The notes under the pieces: model-generated
Told to the model about the DNA's origin: nothing
The model's database searches: none
What the model saw: only the letters and a program-made list of their open reading frames with translations
Made by a program: the position numbers and the translations under genes
Assembly (NCBI GenBank): GCA_010093705.1
Contig: MU006092.1
Location: 254,623 to 318,622 of the forward strand
Direction of reading: 5' to 3'
Source: Patellaria atrata CBS 101060
Lineage: Eukaryota
Length of the DNA stretch: 64,000 nt
Shown: piece after piece, positions 35,784-49,900 of the stretch
Numbering within the stretch: the stretch's first letter is position 1
Layout: each line of letters opens with the position of its first letter

Positions 35784-36490
35784 TTAATGTCATTCTTGAC
35801 TTTAACTGCTTCTGCATGATTTTGCGTTCCTTGGAGTAACGTTTGCAGTGAAGAATCAGGTGTCTTGGGGTTTGGATAAACCTGCAGTCTCCAAAACATT
35901 TCCCTTCAGTATCCTTTCCAATTCTTTTGGAGTATGACTTGAAGAAGCCTGCTCCACTCTTCAGCTGAAAGAATGCTGCTTGAGTCCTCTTTGGATATTT
36001 TGGGATTGATGATTTAGTTGAAAATGAGATTACTGCTCTACACACTTGGGTGTAATGCTTCCCTTGTCTTCTAGGTTTTGTTTCCCATTGCCTTTTCCAA
36101 TCTGTTATGATCTTTTCTCTACTTATACGTTTCAGGTGGCTAAGTGAGGTGTATGATGCTTGTACAAATTTCCTTTTTAATCCAAGTTTGGCCAGTTTAT
36201 CTACAAGCTCATTTCCAAAGATGCATTTATGGTCTTGAAACTCAGCTGAAATTGGCATTCATGCCCCATTCTGTTGTCAGGATGTCATACTGATTGCCTA
36301 TCAGTGTGACCGATTCTTGTCCTCCTTCAAGGCAGTTTTTCTGTAGTCTTTTAATTGCTGCTTTGCTATCAATAAAGATCCAAACTGTTTGGGAAGTTAA
36401 TTGACCCTTTTCTTGTTCTTTCCTTTCCCTTTCCATTGCCTTAAGCACTGCAAAAAGCTCTGCATCCATGATTTCAATGCTGTCTCCCCC
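35784..36490 (-). mobile_element. Second fragment of the same LINE family (RNase H and C-terminal Cys/His knuckle)
   Basis: Near-identical peptides to 29905-30475 (IMDAELFAVL, KIITDWK.QWETKPRRQGKHY). Also retains CFGDC...TPRHLILHC, which copy 1 lacks. Confidence 0.93.
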
Positions 36491-39400
36491 ACTACCCCTT
36501 TCTACAATCAGTAACGCCAGTTGATCAGAGAAATGATACTGAACACCTCTTTGCATCTAGTGAGAGTAGTCGACCCCCGGGAAACGTCATAGAGGTTACA
36601 AAGAATGATTTTTCTGCTCCTAGACCGAAAAGAAGACATCAGATGGATTATTGAAGCCGTCATGATCCCAGGCCGTCATGAACGCAGTAAAGGGAAAAGT
36701 AATGGACTTTTTTCTCTCACCGTTCTGTGAAACTCATGCATCAGTTTCACAGGCCAAGGGAGGGCTGATCCAGTTTTAAACTGTCTATCCACCTTGGTAA
36801 GGAAATGTATCTCGACGTGAGGAAGGTCATTTACCTTCCGACTAACCCCAACACAGGAGAAATGGGACCAAATAGAAGGGGAAATTCTATTGTTGAGTGA
36901 AAATGTTGTCAGAATAATCGTATCAGTGCATTTGATGCCGGATGCGAGATTGCTGCCAGCTCCTTCTATCTCCGTTCTCCCATAGTAAGCTGGCTACTCC
37001 AGAGAGAAACCTGCTCTGATTGATGCCCCACATGCGATTATGATAGGTATGGGCGCTTCACGTATTCGTTCAGACACAAGTTGCAACTTCCGAATTTGAA
37101 GTTGAGACGAAACTGGGTCGTAGCTTGTTTGATTCCCAGAATGAGAGGGAGTGATACGCTCTAACCGGCCGCACCCCGCTATAATCAAGCGTGAGAAAAC
37201 TTCTCCATCGAGAAGTATGTCTGTACCAAGATCCTGAAGGTCGTGTCGTAGTGATAGGAACAGACATCAAAAGGTGAATCTGTCTCCCCAATTGCTCTTG
37301 CGCGTCCTATCGTCCAAGCCCGCTTTGCGTAGGATCCGACACCATTAGACTAATACCCTCTGATGTTATAACTCTAAGGACATCCTCTTATTAGAGGAGC
37401 TCGTTCCAGGAATAAGTTTGGGTCCGATTGCTTTTTGACTTCACCCGAAAGGGGACCTCACCGAATGCAGGAATATGCTGCGCTTAAAGGACCCCTTTCG
37501 CTTCAACGTAGGCCTTCGCCCTTCAGGAGATGCCACAATCTGCGGATTCGCGATTCAGTGTTGGCGTAATGAATATTCTCGCGCCAATGCTTGAAAACGT
37601 CAAATGGGTTCCCCGCCGGACAATTCCTTAGACTTGAGTACCGATGAGAGTCGCGGTATTAAAGTTATGCGGACCTAATACGGAACAAAATATTCTGCCC
37701 GGGACATTATCCAACTCTTGTCATCCATTTCCTTGGCGTCAATGGCCTTAGAGGTATTCTCTGGCAAGTTTACTGGTCACAAAAATGCACAATCATGAAT
37801 CCCAATTCTAAGGAGCGATCCTTTGACGATCGAGCTAAGATGAACTCCTCCAGGCGGTAAATTGCTGATCGAGACTGGATTGGGCGGATCCTATAATGAG
37901 AAGTCTTTGGTTAGAGTGAGATTCTAGTATTGCCTTCGCTAGTCTTCTAGCACTTCAGGTATGAGAGGGCTCGCTGAATCCACAAGGGCTGCACCGTGGT
38001 TCCATAGTTGTGGATGCCAGTCAGAAGGGAAAGGTTACTCAAGGTTCTTGTTATACACCACCTTTTTTCCTTCTTCCTTCTGGTCGTCGTCTACCTGAGC
38101 CTTCTCCTTGGTTTTTTGGCTTATATTGGTTGCGTGTTCGTTTGGGTAGCGATTGTTCACTGTAAGATGAGAATTTGAAGCTAAATATAATGGATTACGA
38201 ATGGTTCTGGTAATAAAGTTGTAGATGAAAGAGTTGCAGACGGAGAGATATTTTGGTAGTTGCGAACTGCTTCTGCTTCCTTTATTAAAGTAGGCTTCCA
38301 ACTCCAAATGAGAGGCGAATGAATGAATGATGTGTTGGCACAGTTATAAGAGGAGGAGAATCATATAAACTGACCATGGAAGGCAATACTGTCCCATTGT
38401 TTTCTAGACCAACGGACCCGTCCGAATATTGCTTTGAGCTGGAGACAGTTCACGATCCCCACCCACGATTCTTTCCCGCCTTTGATGTAACACGGTTATT
38501 GGGGTAGAAGATACTTGGCATTGTGCCGATAACTTTCTTCACCTTCTAATACAGGGGCCGGACACGGACTGTATTCAGGAGCTGGCGCCGTCCAAGGTCA
38601 ATATAAAGGGAAGAAATAAACAGATATCAAAGCTGTCCTCCATACTAATCGACTCCGTCCCACATCGTCTATGGAAAATGCGGTTCCTCACCCCTATATG
38701 AACAATCCTTTGATATTAAAGTGGAATATGGGGTTGTGACGGAATAGTCAATCTAAGGTCCAAGGTCAGCCTCCCGGAAATCAGTTGTCGGCCACGGTGT
38801 GTTAGACCAGAGGGGAGAAATACACTGGGTAAAAAGAGTCGTGACCTTAATGAGCGCTTGATCAGTGATCAGTGGGAGTTCACACCGTCGACCTTGAGAT
38901 ATTAGAGCTACATCTTCTCTGAGATCTGCTAATAGTCTTCTGACTGAAATCATGCGACATCCACCAGGAAAGAATATATGTAGACGGCACCTCGGTTTCC
39001 AGATGCCAGGTATCTTTCATCTCCCAATGGAAAGAGATCTTGGGAATATAACAAGAACGGACGACAATCATGATTGTGGTGCTGATGGAAATATAGAATC
39101 CAACCTTCAGCCACTTGATTGTGAATTCGAAATGTGATCAGTACTCTAGGAGCACTTCAGCCGATCCCCCTTCTCAAATATATATCGCCAAAAAAAAAAG
39201 GAAGCTCCAGTGTACCATTGCGTACTAACAGTCACCGCATTGGGGTCGATATCGTAGCTGGACAGGACTTCTCCCCTCCGATGAAGTTCGGCGACCTCGA
39301 AGACCTAGAAGGAACACATTCGATAAGAGGTGGCAGAAAGTCAGAATCCCTTCCCACCACGGTAAGTTGCATCCATTGGAACCGGTGAACCCAAACAAGT

Positions 39401-41763
39401 GATCCACCTGCACAATGTCTGTTTGATATCCTCAGAGCAAATAGCTAGGAGAGGTCTCTGCTCACAGAACTAATCGTATGAAAGATTACGGAAAGAAGAA
39501 GAGGCCCACTGAGTGAGTAAGAACGTTACGCTGAAAAATGAATATCTGTTCCGGTACCTTGACCTAAGGGAATGACCGTTTCTGGTGGATTGTTGAGATC
39601 CACATCTCCAAGGGCGACGCGGGAAGTGTGCGATGGCAATCCCCCGAAATTTCTAATGGAGGATTAGGTAATGAGGCAAAATTAAACACCCGAACTGCAG
39701 AATCTAGACAGTGGATACTGATTATATGGCGATGAAGAGGGCAAAAATGAGAGAGATTCAGAGACCAAGCTGCCAATCTGTACAACTACCGGAAAATCAG
39801 ATCCCCTTCTAGGTCTGATAGGAGTATAGGAGCTTCAAATAATAGGGAATTGGTTGCAATCAAACCAATCGAACTCCTCAGATTCGCGCGAAAGCGTCTT
39901 ATGTACTTTCCCCCACCCGCGAAGAGAATCGGAGGAGCGACATGGGTAAGAAAACTGTCAACCTCCTCTCCCTAGTTCTGAATTGTTTTCAAGGTTTGAA
40001 GATATTTACGTATGGCTAATGCGGCTGCTTGAAAGGCGAGAATTCTTGCGCAGGAGAGCCAGAAATACTTGCGTGTAGTATTCGCAAGCAGAGGAGAACA
40101 ACGAAATAGTCACAAACGGTAATTTGATCCACCGTCTTCATCCGAGAATGATATGCAGAAGGTTGAGATGCTTTGAAAGAAAGAACTTGGCGGAGAATAA
40201 AACCCTCGACTCCACATCAAGACATGCACTTTGGTCTCGCATCTCAAAAGATGTGACGGCCAGGTAAATGTGTAAAGTTGCTGAGGTGCTTGAATAGCCG
40301 TGTGGGTGAGAAGGATAGAGTACCCGAGCAGTTGACATTGTGTGCAAGAAACGAATAGCAGCGGTCCATTATATAGGACCCGGACCTCTCGCACATGATT
40401 TGACAAATTGGATAGGCGTTCGGTTCCGCAGCCAGCCTAGCTAAGCCGACAGAGCCCGCGAGAGAATGTTTTCTGTATCCTGGAGTATGGCCAACGATAA
40501 TGGAGAACTTTAATGGATGGACTGAACCAGAGCGAAGGCCAATATATCATAGAGCTAACGGGGGCGGTCCTCTCCGGCCACCAATCCGTATCCTCGACCG
40601 TCTCTTCGGTAGCCAGGACTCCAATGAATTACTGGTGTATGAAATCACAATCAGGTCTAGAAGAATGCAAGGCATTTTCTTTATATAATTTCATCCATGG
40701 CGCAATCAAACCGTCACATGGAACTAGACTACCGGAGAACAAATGGTCACCAAATTTACGCGGTTTTTCCTTCCGATAATAGACAGCGAGTGTATTTCAG
40801 AGTTAGAAACGAAAATAGTTCGTAGTCAGTATATCCCTGAGTAGTCCGGTCAAAACGCGCTTGAGCCTAGGGATCTGATAGGTTGTCCGTTCGTGGAATC
40901 GAGGGCCATACTTGTAGATTTGAGGGTAACCGAGATCGAGACTACAGGAATGGATTTGATTGCTCTTATCGACTTCGAGCGGAATGGAGTTGTTTTACAG
41001 TTGAATTAAGCGGCTCCACTAAGAGGTAATAGAGGCGCTCTTGGGTACTTGCGACTAAGAAGAATGTTGACAGTTTCGGCGGAGAAGCAGGGCCGAAGAC
41101 AATTGCGTTACTCGACGGCGAACCACTAAGAAAGTGAACTATGGTAAGATAGGACTGAGAATCTAAGAGTTGTATGTGTAGGGTGATCGTCAATCCAATC
41201 TCAATCCTAGAGCGGACCAGCAATGGATCGGAAAAAGGGGTGAACTTGTGTATAGCAAATGATAATCCATCACGCTATTCATACGTCCGCCCAGAATAAG
41301 TGGAACTGTTTATTTCAGCACCAGAAGCCAAGACAATAATCAGATTCAAAACGTTGCATGGAGACTTAATTAACAAATTGCCAGTGCTGGTTTTAGCAGC
41401 CTACCTCTGAGTCTGTTGTAGATGTTAGAAAAAAAGGAAAAGAGAAAGGAAAGAGTGGGAGACTGAGATTATATACCCGAACCACTACGTACGGATGTCG
41501 AGAAGGGGCGGGATCGGATTCTGTACACTGTCAAGGTGACGCTTAATACTTCACTGTTCGAACAAGCGGTGAATAGACATTGACGTGGCTCAACATGGGG
41601 TGCTGTAGATGTGATTTCTGGGAACTGTTAACGAGATCATTATGACATTTTCATTAGGCTGGGAATGATATTCTAGGCAGATGGATACTCATTAAATTCG
41701 TAACCTCCCACTGTTATTCATTGCTTGAGTCCTTATCCCCTTCACCTAACACAAACCACTCCA

Positions 41764-43458
41764 TCATCCGGGCACCAAAATGCCGTCTTTGCAAAGGACA
41801 ACAACCTTCTTGAAGAACCGCCTCCACTGCAAAGGATCGCCCTTCGCCTTGACAAATCTTACTTCTACAAGCTCTTCGCTGATTCTCTCTGCCGTTATAG
41901 TTCCCTTCAATGCTTGCTGTCGAGTATCATGTGTATCGATTTTGATCCACACTTGACCCTCAGCTGCCTCTTGAACACGCGATGCTACGCCTAAGTTATG
42001 CAGCGCTTCGACCAGAAGTGGTGCAAGGAGCGACAACGAGAGCGGTGAGAGAAATCGTGCCAAGGAATACGCCGGCACGATGTCTCGAAATCGTTTGGCC
42101 ATCTGAGTGAGAGACAAAGGAACTGAAGGAGTCGGTGTAAACTGTGAAAGGGACGGATCATCCGCTATCTGATCTAACAAGCCATGGGATATGCGGGTGT
42201 GGTGCATAGGTTGACTTGCGCTGACGCCTGCTGCTGCAATCCTGGGAGGCTTCTCCCAGTCAAAGGGATTATTATCTAGTGGGGTCTCTGGCTGGGTTGC
42301 AGCAAATCTTGGAATATCTAGATCCATCGCATCATTTTGACTATCACGTTGTGATAATGTGGGTTGTGCGTTAAAGTCAATGCGTAGGTTCTCCAACATT
42401 TGCGTGGCGAGACTAATTGGGTTGGCAGCCGTACCTGATGAACTCAGATGAGGGTTATGCCGAGTAAACCAAGGATGAGTTCGAACTTCGTCCAGCGTAA
42501 ATCTCTCTTTGGGGTTAAGTTTTAGCATTCCTCGAAGCAAGGAAAGGATTTCAGAGGGGATCTTTTTCCAGAGATCATCGCCCATTCGGCCATTGCTCGC
42601 CACGTATTGATTGAATTCATAACTTTGTTGCGTAGGTTCATCCCATGGCGTGTTTCCGACGAGAAGAACGAATAGTACGACGCCACAAGACCAGATATCG
42701 CAGATGTCGGGTGCGTATCCTGAGGCGAGAATATCCTGCCGCTTGTGTCTCTTCCCAGAAACAATTTCCGGAGCAATGTATGGTGGGCTGCCACAGACTG
42801 TATTACACAGTCTTACCTGCGATTCTCCTACTTTTCTGAAAAGTGCCGCAAGTCCAAAATCGGCGAGTTTCAGATTGCCCTCACCTGAAAGTAGAATATT
42901 CTCTGGCTTGATATCTCTGTGTGCCACTCCTTTCGAATGCATATAACTGACAGCGCTGATCAATTGGGTGAAGTAAAAGTGTGCGATGTCCATTCCTACA
43001 CCGACATCTGCTTCAATCTTGTCGAAAAGATCTCCACCATCAGCCAACTCCATAGCAATCCAAGTCCACGATACATCTTCGCCTGAAGCGAGAAAATGTA
43101 TTATATTCTGATGCTTCCCTAGGAACTTGTGTAGAGCGAGCTCTTTTTGGAGTTGTTTCGGCTGTAGGCGTCCTTGACGAAATGCATGTGCCTTGTTGAT
43201 GAATTTGACGGCGATGACAGGTTTCGGTTGATCGGTGGGGCATGCTTTTCGTATACTAGGATTCCAGGTCAATAACGAGCTCATGTTAACATCGTGTATA
43301 CTTACAACGCGTATGCACCGAGTCCAATTGTCCGTGAGATGATGCGAAATGGTAGGTCGTCTGGCAGAGGTGTGGTTTGAGACTGGGCGTTTTATTTCAG
43401 TAACAGGTTGAGTGGACAAAGGGATCGTGTATCATACACTTGGTGGAGGAGCACCCAT
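41764..43458 (-). CDS. CHK1: Checkpoint Ser/Thr kinase Chk1
   Basis: Predicted exons give MGAPPPS|SQTTPLPDDLPFRIISRTIGLGAYAF|IRKAC. Motifs GGDLFDKIEADVG, HRDIKPEN, DFG, CGSPPYIAPE, GNTPWDEP, SQ/TQ sites, and C-terminal KA1-like GDPLQWRRFFK. Confidence 0.95.
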
Positions 43459-43544
43459 TATTTATTATAGGATATTTGATCGTAGGTGTAAGTGCGTAAC
43501 TGTTTCGAGAGTTTCTCGTTGACTCGCACATGAAATGGTAGTTT

Positions 43545-43590
43545 GTAAACAAGTCGCGTTCCCCTTGGATAGAGGAGCGAGGTCACGTGC
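43545..43590 (-). promoter_or_regulatory. Putative cell-cycle promoter elements upstream of CHK1
   Basis: Forkhead-type GTAAACA (43545-43551) next to MCB-like ACGCGA (minus strand, 43554-43559), with a CACGTG nearby, ~90-130 bp upstream of the ATG. Confidence 0.4.
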
Positions 43591-44254
43591 ACTATTTTCG
43601 TAGGCTTTTATTGGAGTCAACCTTACTTCAGAGACAACACGAAAGATTAATAGCTAGAAACAAACGGAGGGTTCATATTAAGTGCGTTGAACCGCTACTT
43701 TATCATACATTTATAATCTGACGCATTCAAGCGCTAAGCCTCAAATATCCCAAATGGGTCCAAACCAACCTAAGTACCGTATCGGGCCAGCAAAGGCACA
43801 CGCTTGAAGCCGGAAAACCCACAACCCGCATCGCCATGGGATGTAAAGCAGGTTTCGAAAAGGACAAATAGCCACCTAACAACCGGTATTTTAATGAGAG
43901 CAGTGAATTTTTAGAAGTCCAGGAACGCCGTCTAAGGTGCCATGCAAGTGGATGAGAAGAGCAAATAAGCCCGAGCGAATTAATAGAAAAACGAGATCGA
44001 TGGAAATGCTGATTCCGAATATGACAGAGCAGGGTATGCGAACGGTAGCTTAGACAGTAAGCTGTTCAAGACGTCTCTGACCAGTCTGGGAAACCCTTGT
44101 AAGTGTAGGTCGCTGAGTGAACTGAAAGGGTCCACCAGTGGACATGATGAGGTATATTGGGTAACTTGAAATGTAGTAAGAGCTCAGTGTCCATCAAATC
44201 GTAATCTAAGGGGTATCCAGAAGTAAAGGGTCATGGGGCGAAATATGCAAAGGA

Positions 44255-46925
44255 TTATGAGGTAGTGCTACGGGAAGAGGACGAGCCGAAGGTGCCACAC
44301 GAAAGGTTGTCTAGGTTTCGTTCTTGGAGAATTCGCGAATATCGGGGTTCTCTCATGAACTTTGGAACAGAGTCCTGGGAATTTATTAGCCGGTGATTGG
44401 ATGTGGATGAAAATGCAATGCTTACGCTAGCCATCAATTTGAAAACGGAGTTTTGTGCCTGGTCGAAAAGACTTGCAACCTCATCTAGACTCTTAATCAT
44501 GGCTTCGTCGTCACCAACAGCACGGGTCATACGTCCAGCAAGGGCAGTCCGCAAGCTATGGTCAATGTTGAGTTCACATGGAGATCCAGGCGCTAAGAAC
44601 GCGTTGTACAAGCCTATCACCAATCAGGAAGTGTTCATGACACAATCTCATGCACATGAGTAGAGAAACTTACTGTAAGCAGCTGCCAATGTCTCCCTGA
44701 TGACCTCCAACTTGGGCTTATTACCACCCCGCTTGGCATTTGCGTAGCCGGTCAAAAATTCGCTGACATCCAGATAGAAAGAAAGGTTTTCCTCGCAGTG
44801 CGTATCTCTCAAGAACTCTCGGAACAGCAGTCGTAATGCCGGATCACGAATGATTACCGACATCCTATTTGCGTTGGAATCTCTTGTCGAGCTAGCGGCA
44901 GGTCGGTCACCGTTCATAGATGGTTTGGGGCTATCCCGGTTCCACCCAGCTATTCTTTGTCCCTTGGGTGTGACATAGTAAATGGCTGCCTTAGTCGGTT
45001 GGAAACGAGTCGTTTGCGGGGTAAAAATTTCGACTGGAGCCATGAGTTCGTACTCGAGGAATAAGGTGCACATCTCGTACGTTTCACGCTTGTCAACCAT
45101 GGTGGTGCAGTCCATCAACCAATCCGATGCAGCTTTCCCCGTAAATGTATTTAGATAGACCTTGTCGTTGATCTTACGTTCTCGTGACATCTTGACACCA
45201 ACTAGGCCGGTAGAATAATCGTTCAATGAATCTGAGTCTGAACTGCTGCTGTTGCTCCTCACATTCGGACCTTCACTGCCCGCAAACCTCCTAAAAACTA
45301 CTTCGACGGTTGCCTGATCATGATTGAGTTTATCAGTGTCGACTTCTCGCTCTAAAATGACAAGATGCATAGTATTTCGCGGAGACTCCAGAACGTCGAA
45401 AACGTGACGCTGATTTATCCCGTTCCTCTGGCAGAAGCGCTGTAAGACTTGCATGCCTTTCGGTGTCAGTTGCCATACAGCGCTCTTCGAGCCAAAATCA
45501 TTCTTTCCGTCAGCCGATTCACAGAAATGGGCTTCGAGAAATTTGGTGCACACAGATTTTGCCATCTCTTTCGCCATGGAAAAGGTAGTTGTGGTCGTTG
45601 TCGTAACTATCCTAGATGGATCTTTCGGATCTGGCATACGGTTTGACTGAGAGAACTTAAGAGAACCGAGATTAGTGATAGCCTCATCGGAAGTAAACGT
45701 GTGTTCGATCTTCTGGAACCGTACTCGATGCGGAGTGAGCGGTAAGCTCACCATGAGCGTCGAGAAAAGGTCCTTGAAGTCCTGCTCAAGGGTCAGATTA
45801 GCAAATCTAGTATTCTTATACATTGCAATGAATTGAAGTGTAATTGGAGAATGACACCGGCGACAATGGATATAATGTAGGTGAGCTCAATCTCCACGTG
45901 AGTTGGTGTTGTGTTACGAGGTCAAGATGCAGAAGACAAGAATTGCCGCGACCACAGTTCCACAAAACATTCGCACAACGACGATCTAGAGCGGCGCTAA
46001 CAATGCTTCCTGACAGGAGTAGACAGCTCGACTGTTTGTGCAACTCACTACATGTCGCCGAGTGCCTCCTATCTCGGTGCCCGGTCTCGGCACGATTTAC
46101 CGACGACACAAACGAATCGATCACGAGTTACAAGTTCAAAGAAGTGAATTATTTTTTTTTTTTACTTACTCTTGTAAATGGCCGCTCATCATCCGTCATA
46201 CGGAGGAGCCGTGAAGATGTTTGGTGCATTTTACGGTCCAAAGCACCTTTCGAAGGTGGAAGAGAACCTATTGTTTCCGGCGTAGTCGGACGAGCAAGCT
46301 CGAAGAGCTTGCCGTCTCGCAGGTTACCGAGTCTGTCAACCGGATCCTGGTGAGGTGTCCCAGACCGAAGTGGCGTGGTAGGACTGTGAGACCGTGTTAT
46401 AGCCGGAATCGGATTGTCCTGCGTCTGTGGCAGCACCTCCACAGAGTGTGTATCCGGGTATTCGGGTTGGTCGCGTGGTTGCAGCTGCGAATAACTCGAT
46501 CTGCGAAGAGTTCTTTGAAGCCTCGAGGCAGCGGTCGGTTTTCGGAACTTTGTGGATGGACGCTTGTCACCGTTGGCTAGAGATGAAATATCTCTATTGT
46601 CCCAAGTATACAAGCTAGGCGAAGCACCACGTCGAACGGTCGAACCAGCGCATGCGTCGGCGGTCGTAGAGTGGCTTCGACGATGGGATACAGATATCTG
46701 AGCTTGGTCAAGGAGGCTTGCCGGAGCAGAAGTCGTAGAGACGTTCGTTCGTGAAGTGGGAGATTCGGGTTTGGAAGCGGCAGTACGGTCCCGTCCTCTG
46801 GAGAATTGGTAGGGGAGTCGAGTTGTGCTGTTGAGTCGACCGGACGATGTTGAAGATGTGTATGAAGGGAAAGGGTGCTGAAGGTGAGTGAAAAGAGGAG
46901 GTAGAGGAGTACTAGTATGCGACAT
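44255..46925 (-). CDS. flbA: Regulator of G-protein signalling FlbA/Rgs1 (DEP-DEP-RGS)
   Basis: MHQTSSRLLRMTDDERPFTR|DFKDLFSTL...SNRMPDPKDPSRIVTTTTTTTFSMAKEMA; RGS box DPALRLLFREFLRDTHCEENLSFY...YNAFLAPGSPCELNIDH...FKLMAS|DSVPKF. Three introns. Confidence 0.96.
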
Positions 46926-49900
46926 CTGGGCGGGTTTGGTCACTCTTTGGGCTAAGAGGATTAGAGAAGGCTAAGGGTAAGATACCTTCTTTGTTTCTTG
47001 AGAGGGAAAAGGGTGGGTACGACGCGGACTGGAGCAACAGGGATGAGCACAAGTCTGCACAGACAGTTCGGTGCTAATGAGTTACTTGCTAACGTTGACC
47101 AATGCTGAGACATTTCCATAGGTGCTCTGGCAGTTTGGCAGCCTTTTACTGGGCACCCAGTCACCTCACTCTGGGCAATTTTTTCGGTGGGCGTCGCTGG
47201 GTGCATGCTGGGTTGTGATGCTCACTTGTGCTGAGACTTGGGGGCCACCATCGGCCACTTGGGTAATGAAGCGTCAGCCAAAGACGGCCAAAAAGCACCC
47301 AAAAGCACGCCAAAAGGATTGAACCTTGTCCTCCCACGTTGCAAGCACGGCAAGCAAAACCCACACCCCTCCCCCAACCACGAGGAGATTCCAGCCTAGG
47401 TATAGCCCCGTTCGCGCCTGCCTGCAACCCGACACGCAAAACTCTCTCACCTCGAAGAAACCCTCTCTAACGGAATATACAAGTCTAGGTATCCGTACTG
47501 TATCCCATCAAAACCATCCCTTTTCTTTTCTCTATCAAGTTTCTTTCTACAGTACCTTCACACATCCCGCCAAAGGGGAAACTAGGGCAGCAATGCCGTG
47601 TATGCAGCTAGTACGCGATACGCCTAATACTTTACAAGTACCGTACAGTACGTCCTCGGGCTGGGCTGTTCTCACCGCGAAACCAAAATTTCTCAAACAT
47701 GCGCCATGCACGTCTGACTGAGCCACCGCTCATCCGCTCAAACATCCCAATTCCATATCATCGTAAAATTTGTGCGTAAGGCCGCGAGGCGAAAAATGCT
47801 AAAAAGGAGAAAGTAACTTTTTTTCTCATTTCGTTTGATCTCGGAAATCGAAATTCGAAACTTCACCGTGCGCAGAGCTTTGTCGAAACGTCAATTACAT
47901 TATTCCGTCCAGGCGATCCCGTCCTCGTACAGTTGATACTGTATAATACTGTTATGCATTACTTATGATATCCGAGGTATGGATGCAACGCTCATGACGC
48001 ACTCGTTTCTGCTGGCGCGCTGCATCCAATGCTGGCACGTTGACAATTACCGGCTAGGACTGTTACAGCCTATTCAACGTTCGAAGCAAATTCGACACCA
48101 TTAACGACTGAAGAACGCAAATACTTTGAAGAAGAAAAAAGGAGTTAACATATCGATCGTTTCTAGACCAAGTTACGATCCACTCCCCTCTGCATCGTAA
48201 TAAAATAGCGAGGCCTCGGTCTTTTACCGAACGTCCCTCTAGCACCTGCAGCACCGTTTAAAGTATACATCCGTATATTATAAGACACATCGTTGACGTG
48301 TAACCTAATGTCCGGTTCCATATGGCCGGCGAGCCTGCGAAGGCTGAGAGATTCCATGTAGAGCGACAATATTCGAAGTTCCAGCAGCACTGTATGGTAA
48401 GCCTACTTCAACAGAAATATCTCGTTCAGTTGCATGTGGATAACCCCTATCTACTGCAGTTATTCTGCACAATAAAAAGATGTCATTGACGAGCTATTAC
48501 AACCTTAGTTACAGCTCTGGGGGCTTTCTTTGATTGCTCGAAAACACTCCGCATCTCCATACAGGAATATTCATTGAACATCTGTGACGAGTAGCTGTTT
48601 CGGAAACAATCGACAGTGGCGAACCACACTGCGTAAAGAGATGATCAGCTCAGACAGACCACGTTGCAACCATGTCGAAATCTACGATGGGTCACCTAAA
48701 TCTATCTCCAACAATAATGCAATAATTAAGCGCCGCCATGCAAGCAAACCGTGCGTTTTATCTTTCGAGAACGAAATATCAGCCTGAACAGAACAACTAT
48801 GCGTTTTAGGAGATCCCTTCGACAACTCAAAATCGCTTTTCATTGAGTTACAAACTTACGAACCAAATCTCTCCTGTCGTGTGTACTGGGATTACATCTT
48901 GTTCCGTGAGACAGCCACATATAATCCACAAATTTTTCACAGCGAGCCTGTGGGGGAGATATTAGTCACAGGCTCTTTGCCGACTCCAAACCTCATTACG
49001 TTTAACGGCTTCAAAATGCTTATTAGGAGTCAGCCTCAATCAGGAGTCATGACAGCTGCCAGATGTTAATCTCGACATGCCAAACTGGTATACCCTGATG
49101 CTTGTGATAGTAATAAGAATGCTTGTGAGGTTGGGACGTTGGTTCCCGAAAAATAGACCATGCTTGTCCTAAATTGTACCTATATACAAGCCATCTTGGG
49201 TCTCGATTCAAGCTACATTTTCATAGAGATCTTCTAGATTTCTACATTAAATTGTTCCGATAGCTACGGCATTCAATCTAAACAATGCGAATTGGGCCTT
49301 CTTGTTCTATCGTTCTCGGGGAAGTTCTACAAAGTATCATGCATATTATTACAGGCATGTAAGGTCCAATTCCCAGGAGGACGATAATCCCGAATTCATA
49401 TTAAGGACTGGAGGAAGACCGAAACCTCCACTATCGTACCCGCTCTATGGTTTATAGGATGTGGGAGCCGCAAAGTGCGCCGCTTTCCCGCCATTATGGT
49501 TTTTACCCGTATGTGAACCACGGCCAGAAATTCCATGGCCTGTCTCACATGCACAACAAGAGACGATTTTCTAGTGATGCATAGCATCGGGTACTGTACC
49601 ATAGCGTGGAAGTTCTGCTAAAATGTTCTACTTCCGTGATGCTGATTCTAACGCATGGCTTACGCAGAGCAATACGTATCATTATCTGGAGATTTTAGTT
49701 CTATGGCTCTGCGGCACTGTATGTGAGCTCTGGCTGATGAGTAGTCTGGTTTTGACTTTTTCGGTGCCCGAGATCAATGTTGGTGTGTGTGTTCAAAGGA
49801 TTTGATACCTTACTCTCTTCAACTAACGACTTCGCTCCCTACCTGGATACCCGTATCCGTACAGTCATCGTTTATACACAATCTTAAAAACAGTACCTTT

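Noticed and set aside
23470..41760. Island as a Starship or other giant transposon
   Set aside because: No tyrosine-recombinase captain or transposase ORF and no terminal repeats were seen.
41764..43419. The ORF-track N-terminus of CHK1 (MSTQPVTEIK...)
   Set aside because: It reads through introns. The spliced model starting at 43458 restores the Gly-rich loop IGLGAYA.
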